This document shows, piece by piece, positions 10,066-17,363 of a stretch of 64,000 nt of DNA; the first letter of the stretch is position 1; each line of letters starts with the position of its first letter. The notes under the pieces are model-generated. The model did not search any database. It saw only the letters and a program-made list of their open reading frames with translations, and was not told the DNA's origin. The position numbers were made by a program, and so were the translations under genes. This DNA is from Candidatus Eiseniibacteriota bacterium. Its GTDB lineage: Bacteria; Joyebacterota; Joyebacteria; Joyebacterales; Joyebacteraceae. Location: positions 35,465 through 99,464 of the forward strand of contig JAUXGN010000003.1 of NCBI GenBank assembly GCA_030622115.1, in the 5' to 3' direction.

Positions 10066-10177
10066 GTGCGCCCGATCTGGCTGTGGGCGCAGGGACGTGC
10101 GCCCGATCTGGCTGTGGGCGCAGGGACGTGCGCCCGATCTGGCTGTGGGCGCATCGATGTGCGCCCGATCCGGCGCC
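10066..10177. repeat. tandem array of a 31-bp unit (3 full copies plus a 19-nt partial), each unit holding a 7-bp perfect palindrome (TGCGCCC-N11-GGGCGCA)
   Basis: gtgcgcccgatctggctgtgggcgcagggac at 10066-10096 and 10097-10127, a variant at 10128-10158 and a partial at 10159-10177; lies intergenic between the DUF374 gene stop (10065) and the GNAT gene start (10199). Confidence 0.85.
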
Positions 10178-10198
10178 TGAGACAGCGGAGGGTGTACT

Positions 10199-11188
10199 GT
10201 GAATTCGCTTGATTTCGCGATACGCCAGATGATCGATGAGGACCTCGCGATTGTAGCTGAGATCGAAGCCGGCGTTTTCACCGACTGGTATCGCATGTAC
10301 CGCAAGCCTCAGGACGCGCTCGCCGAGCGCACCATCAAGGAACTCAGATACTCAACATCTCTTGACCCAGGTGCGAACCTCGTTGCCATAGCCGCGGATG
10401 GAGCGATGATCGGATTCGTCCTGGCTCGCACGTGGGGCGAAGTAGGTTGGTTCGGAACGTTCGGTGTGGCTACGCAGTTCCACGGTCTGGGCATAGGACG
10501 GGCGCTGATCGAAGGCGTCACCACTCACTTGAGAAAGAACTGCCGGATCATCGGTCTTGAGACCATGCCGGAGAGCGGAAACAACATTGGTCTCTACACG
10601 AAGACGGGCTATGCGGTCACTTTTCCCACACTGATCCTCGAACTCTCTCTCATACAACAGGCAGATCATCTGAGCGGCATGGGCGCAGGCGATATCATTC
10701 TCTGGGGAGGGAGTGACGAAGCAGCGAAGCCCGGCATGCTCGATGGAATGCGCGCTATCTCCAATGCGATCGTGTCCGGACTCGACTACACGCGCGAGAT
10801 CGAGGCCGTGCACGAACATCGGCTGGGCGAAACCTTCGTGGCCATGGACGGTGGCTCAGTGGCGGGATTTGCGATCGTCAGAACGGTACCGTACCGGGGG
10901 CAGGACACAACGGGCAGGGGGTACATCCACATCCTGTGTGTGCATCCCGAAGCCGATACCGACGCGGTACTGCTGAATCTCCTCCAGCAGATCTGGAGCA
11001 GGTGCACTTCCACCGGCCTGACACTTCTTGTGACGGGCATCGGCGGTCGCTACCAGTCCGCTCTTGGACTTCTCATGCAACACGGTTTCAGGGGGGTCAG
11101 AGCCGCGGTCAGGATGGTCGACCGCTCATCGGCAACCGAGGCATTCGAACTGAGCGCGGACATGAACCTGTCGCGCTGGGCCGGATAG
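10199..11188 (+). CDS. GNAT-family N-acetyltransferase (two tandem GNAT folds, MshD-like architecture)
   Basis: 329 aa; acetyl-CoA binding motif A 'QFHGLGIGRALIEGV' in the first half and a second acyl-CoA-binding-like region in the second half. Confidence 0.65.
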   Translation: MNSLDFAIRQMIDEDLAIVAEIEAGVFTDWYRMYRKPQDALAERTIKELRYSTSLDPGANLVAIAADGAMIGFVLARTWGEVGWFGTFGVATQFHGLGIGRALIEGVTTHLRKNCRIIGLETMPESGNNIGLYTKTGYAVTFPTLILELSLIQQADHLSGMGAGDIILWGGSDEAAKPGMLDGMRAISNAIVSGLDYTREIEAVHEHRLGETFVAMDGGSVAGFAIVRTVPYRGQDTTGRGYIHILCVHPEADTDAVLLNLLQQIWSRCTSTGLTLLVTGIGGRYQSALGLLMQHGFRGVRAAVRMVDRSSATEAFELSADMNLSRWAG

Positions 11189-11207
11189 ATAGCCTCGAAC
11201 TCACCAG

Positions 11208-11290
11208 TCCAGCACTAGTCCAGGATGTGAAGTTCGCCCAGCACCAGCCCACCACGCGGATCTGATCCAGCACTAGTCCAGGATGTGAAG
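11208..11290. repeat. 25-bp direct repeat (TCCAGCACTAGTCCAGGATGTGAAG) at 11208-11232 and 11266-11290; the second copy is the last 5 codons plus stop of the minus-strand gene 11273..11908
   Basis: Exact duplicate read from the sequence; the reverse complement encodes …LHILD*. Confidence 0.8.
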
Positions 11291-11908
11291 AAGGTCGTGG
11301 AAGAGGAAGTGGAGCCGTCCGATCAGGAGGGATATCCGCGCCATCAGCGTGTAGCCGAACGACGCGCCGAATGAGATCATGATGAACACGATCCCGATCC
11401 TCGCTCCGGCGCCGAGCACTCCCTTGTGTGGTTTGGAGAAGTAGAAGTACATGAGCGTTGTCACGACGCCGATGACCAGAACGATATTGCTCAAATCCGT
11501 CACAGTGAACCCAGTTACGGGCAGGAGCGTGGCCGTGACCTGGGGGAGGACATAGCCCTGCAGGTTCGCGGTGATCCCAAGGCCCGCGCCGATTCCCACC
11601 GTGAAAGCGATAGGCCACCGGGATAGCCACGCGATCTTCGGGAACCACCGGGAGAGCATTATCAGACCGAGTGCCCCGGGGATGAGGATGATCCACTTCT
11701 CAAAGCCGGTCTCATTCATGAACGTGTCGATGAGCATCGGCTTGACATCGAAGAACACCACGTAGATGAGCCAGTACCCGGCGGACACGCCCACGTAGAG
11801 GTGCTCAGCCAGCTTGTAGAACGGGTTGTCCTTGTAGAGAAACGATAGAATGGCGAGCGTGAGAAAGCCCGCGAGCCACGTTCCTATGATTGTCCCCATC
11901 GAACCCAT
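11273..11908 (-). CDS. polytopic integral membrane protein (~6 TM), uncharacterised; last gene of the lat operon
   Basis: 211 aa, strongly hydrophobic with several predicted helices; 14-bp gap to the upstream gene. Confidence 0.55.
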   Translation of the reverse strand: MGSMGTIIGTWLAGFLTLAILSFLYKDNPFYKLAEHLYVGVSAGYWLIYVVFFDVKPMLIDTFMNETGFEKWIILIPGALGLIMLSRWFPKIAWLSRWPIAFTVGIGAGLGITANLQGYVLPQVTATLLPVTGFTVTDLSNIVLVIGVVTTLMYFYFSKPHKGVLGAGARIGIVFIMISFGASFGYTLMARISLLIGRLHFLFHDLLHILD

Positions 11909-11922
11909 TCGATGCCTCTACG

Positions 11923-12762
11923 CTAGTTCTTGCGTCTCGTGAAGAAGTATCCCAGATTCCCGAGCACGATGAATCCTATGACGAGCAGATGCGCCCATTG
12001 CTGAGCCGGCATACCTCTGGTGGCCAGCCCAAGATGGCCGATCAGATTCTCGTACTCCGCGGCCCCTTTGAGTCCTCCGACAAGTCCTTCGATCTGTCCT
12101 GCCTGGAGATACGGATATGCGTCCGGGGCCATCACGGCAGTTGTTCCGAAGGTCATTCTCTGGCTGAATCTGGCCTGTGTGTAGCGCACCCAGTAGTCGA
12201 TGACGGCGCCATGCTCGAACCCGAAAAGGAGTTCGATGTCGTCGTAGGAGCGCACCCCGGTCATGACGGGAAGCTCGGCGAGCGGCGTGCCTCGGTAGTC
12301 GCTCGCGAAAATGTCGCCGATGTCACGGCCCATGGCGATCATCACGGCGATGTAGCCGGGACGGTAGCCGAGGTCGACGTAGTCGATGCCGTACTCCTTG
12401 TCGTACTCTGCTGCGATCTCCTCGAGCGCCATGTGTCCCAGGGGAAGACCAATGGCAATGTGACCGAGCATAGCGACCTTCACGTCCTTTGAGAACGCGT
12501 GTCTCAAGGCCGAGCGCAGCATCGGCATGAGCTCCGGCGCCGATGTGGCGTCGAAGTCTATCGAGACCATCATAACGTCCCCGGCCTCTAGTGATTCTAC
12601 GGCATCGTAGGCGAGCTGCACTGGTCGTGTCGGTGGGATCGGGGCGCCCACATTCAGAAGCAGCGGAATCGCGACGCAGACAAGCAGGATCAGAAAGATG
12701 ATCCTCCGGTCGAGGTTATTCATTGCTTCCCAGAAGCCTCTCTTCGGGGCGCTCTCCAACAT
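11923..12762 (-). CDS. bitopic membrane protein (N- and C-terminal TM helices flanking a ~200-aa soluble domain), uncharacterised
   Basis: 279 aa; TM 'IIFLILLVCVAIPLLL' near the N-terminus and 'LLVIGFIVLGNLGYFF' near the C-terminus. Confidence 0.55.
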   Translation of the reverse strand: MLESAPKRGFWEAMNNLDRRIIFLILLVCVAIPLLLNVGAPIPPTRPVQLAYDAVESLEAGDVMMVSIDFDATSAPELMPMLRSALRHAFSKDVKVAMLGHIAIGLPLGHMALEEIAAEYDKEYGIDYVDLGYRPGYIAVMIAMGRDIGDIFASDYRGTPLAELPVMTGVRSYDDIELLFGFEHGAVIDYWVRYTQARFSQRMTFGTTAVMAPDAYPYLQAGQIEGLVGGLKGAAEYENLIGHLGLATRGMPAQQWAHLLVIGFIVLGNLGYFFTRRKN

Positions 12763-12814
12763 TCGCTCCTATGCTCTTCTGCGTACGTTCCAATCCACTG
12801 AGTGGCTGCCCTCG

Positions 12815-13447
12815 CTACGAGAGGTAGCTTCGCTCAATGCCGAGTATGATCCTGAGAGACATTGAGACGGCGCCAAGCGCCGCTCCTATCTGTATTCCAC
12901 GCTTCGCTGCGAGCTGTGGGACATCCATTATCCACTCCTGCGCCGCCGGGAAGAAATCCGAGATCGCTGCGCCTATCGGCACTCTGCCAAGCATGACGAT
13001 GATGGCGGAGACCAGAAGCAGCGTGGCGATGGTGTTTCTGGCCCTGAAGGCCCGGTACGACGCGGACGCGATGAAGAACGCGAGAAGTGCGAACATCGTG
13101 CCCTGCAGCGGCACGATGACGTATGTGTATACGAACATGAACGGGGACTGCATGTGAAACGGGCTCCCGAAGCGTGCGAAGCCGATCGCTCCAACCACCA
13201 CGGTAACGACAAGTCCCACCAGGAGCGCGATGCTGTGTCCCCACCCTGTGTCCGTTCTGGCGATTCGCTTGGCGTGGGATCTGATCAGGTTATCGACTCC
13301 GAGGAGCATCGTGAAGCCCGAAACGATCGCAAACCACACCAGCAGCCGCTGCTCAAGTTCACCGAACGGCTCGTGTGGGATGAAGAACGCCACAATCAGA
13401 AAGAACCCGGTCAGGAATGTGATGACAAGAGGTACGGTTCTCTTCAT
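12815..13447 (-). CDS. polytopic integral membrane protein (~6 TM), uncharacterised; same size and topology class as 11273..11908
   Basis: 210 aa, hydrophobic; 7-bp gap to the upstream gene. Confidence 0.55.
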   Translation of the reverse strand: MKRTVPLVITFLTGFFLIVAFFIPHEPFGELEQRLLVWFAIVSGFTMLLGVDNLIRSHAKRIARTDTGWGHSIALLVGLVVTVVVGAIGFARFGSPFHMQSPFMFVYTYVIVPLQGTMFALLAFFIASASYRAFRARNTIATLLLVSAIIVMLGRVPIGAAISDFFPAAQEWIMDVPQLAAKRGIQIGAALGAVSMSLRIILGIERSYLS

Positions 13448-13454
13448 TGTTCGG

Positions 13455-14657
13455 CTAGCTCCCTGCCATCCACTGTTTCACTGTCTCCAACGCTCCGGAC
13501 AGCGCCGATGTTCCATCGGGCGCGATCGCGTACCCGATCGAGGCCAAGATGACCAGACCGACTACCAGATAAACGATTCCGATCTTGATCAGATCCTGAC
13601 CCTTGAGACTGCCCAACATGACGGGTTCGTGCGACAGATAGCTCGAAGCAGCGAAGATTTCCTCACCGATCAGTGTGTAGTCGCAAGCCGCGACGAAGAA
13701 CGGCAGCTGTGATGTCTCCTTCGTACCCGATATCTGAATGGCCCCGATTTCGTGCGCCGTCTCCGCCAGAATGAGTGACTCTGCGGCGAAGTAGCCGAGA
13801 AGGAAAACGGCTTCGGGCCGCTCGCGGACCATGATGCCGTCCACGCCCGCCGTGTATCCAAACTGGTCGTATGTGAGGTAGAAGACGCTCGACGGATCGA
13901 ATCTGTCCGACTGTCCCACCTCGGCGTAGGCCTGTTTCACGATCTCCTGTGCCGTGGTCATGACGATCGGATCTGCCGTCGGGACCAGAAGCGGCGTGCC
14001 GTGCTGCGCTACCTTCTTGGCCACGTGGCCAAGGATCGTGAGCGCAGCAAGCGTCCCGACCTCGCTCACAGTCTCGATTCCCGGCACATACAGCACCGGC
14101 CGTCCCATCTCTGTGGCCCGTCCCACGGCGTCGTCAACGGCGTCGAGTCCCGGTATCTTCCGTATGAAAAGCTCAGTTCCCGCCTTGGCACGGACGATAA
14201 AGAAGATGATCGAACCGCAGACGAGGATGACGGCGATGAGAGAACTGACCCGTCCGTGAGCGAACCACTGGGCCGTCGCAATGGCGGCGTCGCTCGGGAC
14301 CGAATCAACGAATCCGTCTATCGTGTGTGTACGAACGATGTACTGGTAGGTTCTGCCGTGATCGGCGTCCGCATCGACGAAGCCGGAATCCCTGGGTGGC
14401 GCTTCGCCGATGGAGGCAGGCTCTTCACCGGCCGCGTAGCGGAGTACCTCGAACCGCGTCACGGCAGGAGAGATGGTTGTGGTCGCAAGTTCCCAGGAGA
14501 CCGCGATTGCTCCTCCGCCATCGTCAGGAACATCATAGGCGGAGACACTACAGACGCACGGTGCCGGAGCCGGCGCCGGGGGAGCGGCTGCGCTCCCCCC
14601 AGCGACGGCGAGGATACTAAGCAGTACGAGAGTTACTGTGAGGCTCAGGTGCCTCAA
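13455..14657 (-). CDS. membrane protein with signal peptide, Pro/Ala-rich linker, extracytoplasmic beta-sandwich (FN3-like) region, TM helix, ~200-aa cytoplasmic domain and a C-terminal TM helix; uncharacterised
   Basis: 400 aa; the start codon abuts the lat stop (translational coupling); 'PPAPAPAP' linker; TM 'LIAVILVCGSIIFFIV' and 'IGIVYLVVGLVILASIGY'. Confidence 0.55.
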   Translation of the reverse strand: MRHLSLTVTLVLLSILAVAGGSAAAPPAPAPAPCVCSVSAYDVPDDGGGAIAVSWELATTTISPAVTRFEVLRYAAGEEPASIGEAPPRDSGFVDADADHGRTYQYIVRTHTIDGFVDSVPSDAAIATAQWFAHGRVSSLIAVILVCGSIIFFIVRAKAGTELFIRKIPGLDAVDDAVGRATEMGRPVLYVPGIETVSEVGTLAALTILGHVAKKVAQHGTPLLVPTADPIVMTTAQEIVKQAYAEVGQSDRFDPSSVFYLTYDQFGYTAGVDGIMVRERPEAVFLLGYFAAESLILAETAHEIGAIQISGTKETSQLPFFVAACDYTLIGEEIFAASSYLSHEPVMLGSLKGQDLIKIGIVYLVVGLVILASIGYAIAPDGTSALSGALETVKQWMAGS

Positions 14658-16022
14658 CTATAACTCCTTTGCTGCTCTTGTTATTGCATCGAGGGCCGTG
14701 TCGACCTCTGTGGACAGAACGTTGAGAGGTGGCCTGAATCGTACCGCCAATGGACCGGCAGAGAGAGCCATGACTCCGTATCCGGCGAGCCGGCCAAGAA
14801 GCCCATCGCGCATCTCGGACGAAGGCAGGTCGAACGCGGACATCAGTCCACGACCGCGAACGTTGGTGATCTTGCCGCCGGAATCATTCGCGATGCCGGT
14901 TATGCCGTCCAGGAAGCGCTTGCCCATTGAAGCCGCGTTCTCGACGAGATTCTCTTCGACGATCACCTCGATGTAGCGCTGGCAGCGAACCATATCGACC
15001 AGGTTGCCGCCCCATGTCGAGTTGATCCTTGATGACACGGCGAAGACGTTGTCCTCTACCTCCATGATCCTGTCGGAGGCCATGATCCCGCAGATCTGGG
15101 CCTTCTTGCCGAAGCACGCGATGTCGGGAACGAACCCGAGCTGCTCGAAGGTCCACATCGTTCCGGTCATTCCCATACCCGTCTGGATCTCGTCGACGAT
15201 CAGAAGGATATCCTGCTCGTCGGCGATCCGGCGCAGCGCCTGGAAGAACTCAGGACGGAAATGGTTGTCTCCGCCTTCGCCCTGGATCGGCTCAATCAGT
15301 ATGGCTGCGATGTCATTGGGGTTGTCCGCGATCGCCTTGTCTATCTGCGAAATGGCCTCACGCTCGGCCTTCTCAGTGGCCGCCAGATTTTCGCCCTCGA
15401 GAGGGAACCTCGCCTTGGGATTGAGGATGCGGGGCCAGTCGAACTTGGGGAAGTACTGGGTCTTCCTTGGGTCGAAGGTGTTGGTCACGGACAGTGTGTA
15501 GCCGGACCGGCCGTGGAACGCCTGCTCGAAGTGGATGACCTTCGATCCCTTCACCTCGTTGTCCGGCATGTCGGACGTGTTCACACCTGCTGCGATGTTC
15601 TTGCGTACCTTCCAGTCGAACGCGGTCTTGAGAGCGTTCTCGACGGCCAGAGCTCCTCCACTGATGAAGAAGAGGTGCTTGAGCTTGGGATGCGCGGCGA
15701 ATCTGCCGAACGTGTCAACAAACTCGGCCATCTCCGTCGTGTAAAGATCTGAGTTTGAGGGCTTGTTGATGGCCACTCTGCCCAGCTTCGCCACGAACGC
15801 GGGGTCCGTGAGTCTGGGATGGTTGAGCCCGATGGGGGAGGACGCAAAGAACGTGAAGAAATCGAGGAAGTCCTTCCCTGTGCGGGAATCGTGAATATAG
15901 GCTCCCTTGCTCTTTTCGAGATCGAGAACCATGTCGAACCCGTCGGCAAGTATGTACTTGCCCAACGTCTCATGCACCTTGTCCGGTGCTACCGTGCTGA
16001 CGAGTTTCCTCTCCGCCATCAC
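14658..16022 (-). CDS. lat: L-lysine 6-(epsilon)-aminotransferase, class III PLP aminotransferase
   Basis: 454 aa; 'NKPSNSD', 'FFISGGALAVENALKTAFDWK' and 'LLIVDEIQTGMGMTG' blocks, and an overall length matching actinobacterial Lat. Confidence 0.75.
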   Translation of the reverse strand: MMAERKLVSTVAPDKVHETLGKYILADGFDMVLDLEKSKGAYIHDSRTGKDFLDFFTFFASSPIGLNHPRLTDPAFVAKLGRVAINKPSNSDLYTTEMAEFVDTFGRFAAHPKLKHLFFISGGALAVENALKTAFDWKVRKNIAAGVNTSDMPDNEVKGSKVIHFEQAFHGRSGYTLSVTNTFDPRKTQYFPKFDWPRILNPKARFPLEGENLAATEKAEREAISQIDKAIADNPNDIAAILIEPIQGEGGDNHFRPEFFQALRRIADEQDILLIVDEIQTGMGMTGTMWTFEQLGFVPDIACFGKKAQICGIMASDRIMEVEDNVFAVSSRINSTWGGNLVDMVRCQRYIEVIVEENLVENAASMGKRFLDGITGIANDSGGKITNVRGRGLMSAFDLPSSEMRDGLLGRLAGYGVMALSAGPLAVRFRPPLNVLSTEVDTALDAITRAAKEL

Positions 16023-16285
16023 TGCCTCCGTTGTAACTTGCGGTGTTCGTTGGGTGGTTTAGTCAGATCCCGCGCTCGTCCGGAATCGCACGGCCCGGGC
16101 CTTTGCGGTCTGCTCTCGGCCCGACCCGGGGAGCACCGGTACCCGGAATGCGCGGCCAAGTTACCAATTCTATCAGTCTGCCGGGAGCAGTGTCCACCCG
16201 AATCTTGCGGCCCCTAGGGAACGCATGGGTACATGGTGACCCACGCAGCTGGGTAAGGAAGCCGGCCCACTTCGGTATCGCGGGC

Positions 16286-17206
16286 CTACTTCCGAGGAAA
16301 GAGGATCTGCAGTAGGGCAGGGGCTACGGGACGTCTCCGGAGTTGCTCCTCGATCTCCGTGCGGTCAAGGATCCCCTTCTCTGTGATCACGGATCTCACG
16401 AGATCGAGCGGGACAGCCTCGAGGTAGCCGTTCTCGACGGTGAGGTGAGCCGGTGGGTCACTGAGGATCTGGCTCGGATCGGCGAGACGGTTCCTGTTCC
16501 CCGCGAGCGCTTCAGGGATGAACCTATCCATGGGAGCTGCCACAACCATGGGCACATCATGCTCCCTGGCGGCGAGCGCAAGAGGGTAGGCGCCCGTTTT
16601 GCACACGATCTCTTTTGAGGTCACGCTGTCAGCGCCAATGAGTACGAGCCCACATTCAGAGATGCGACGGGGAAGGGCGGCGTCCACGACGAGGACGACC
16701 TCGATTCCAAGTGCCGATATCCGACGGGCCTGGGTCACGCCTTCCAGGACCGGGCGCGACTCAGACATAAGGACACGGAAGTTCCTTCCCGTCTCGCGTG
16801 CCTGCCGCAAAACTGCAAGTACACACTCACTCGTGCTGAGCGTCACGATAGTGACGTCATTCGTCACAATCTCGCATCCCTTCCTCCCGATGCGTTCGGT
16901 CGCCATTTCCGAACGTTCGATGGCCCGCTCGCATGCCATCGCGACCATTCCTCTCAGTGCCTCTATGCTGAGCCCGGAGAGAACCACACGCTGGGTGGCT
17001 GAGAGGATCTCTCCGGCGAGGTTGATAACCGGTGCCATTTCCCGCTGGGCGTTGGCAAGCTCCGTGCAAGCGGTCGTCAGCTCTTCCCAGAACTCCCCAG
17101 GGTCGGCCGCTTTCGAGGCTTCCGCCATCCCGGCCATCTCGAGAGCAGCCGCCCGCATGATCGCGGAAGCGCCCGAAGTAGAATCCAGTGCCAGCTGTTC
17201 GAACAT
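16286..17206 (-). CDS. eIF-2B alpha/beta/delta-family protein (ribose-1,5-bisphosphate isomerase / MTR-1-P isomerase-like)
   Basis: Real start is 'MFEQLALDSTSGAS…' at 17206. The six-frame ORF extends to 17554 through Pro/Arg-rich intergenic translation. Conserved 'VLVVDAALP…GADSV…KTGAYPLALAAREHDVPMVVAAP' core. Confidence 0.65.
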   Translation of the reverse strand: MFEQLALDSTSGASAIMRAAALEMAGMAEASKAADPGEFWEELTTACTELANAQREMAPVINLAGEILSATQRVVLSGLSIEALRGMVAMACERAIERSEMATERIGRKGCEIVTNDVTIVTLSTSECVLAVLRQARETGRNFRVLMSESRPVLEGVTQARRISALGIEVVLVVDAALPRRISECGLVLIGADSVTSKEIVCKTGAYPLALAAREHDVPMVVAAPMDRFIPEALAGNRNRLADPSQILSDPPAHLTVENGYLEAVPLDLVRSVITEKGILDRTEIEEQLRRRPVAPALLQILFPRK

Positions 17207-17301
17207 GGAGGCCTCCGTATGTGGAAGGGCATGATGAGAGCCCAGATGCGACACCGGTCTACGATGCTGGAATGACCATATCACCGGCTGGACTGGATGC
17301 G

Positions 17302-17323
17302 CCACTGCCATTCGTAGTATACT
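17302..17323 (+). promoter_or_regulatory. possible -10 element (TATACT at 17318-17323) for the ABC-F gene; no convincing -35
   Basis: Seen in the sequence 41 nt upstream of the ATG at 17364. Confidence 0.25.
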
Positions 17324-17363
17324 CCTGAAGTTCACAGAGTTCCTCTTTAAGAGAAGGCAGCGC

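Noticed and set aside
10066-10177. Possible CRISPR array
   Set aside because: Units are directly adjacent and identical with no variable spacers, and no cas genes are nearby; it is a tandem palindromic repeat.
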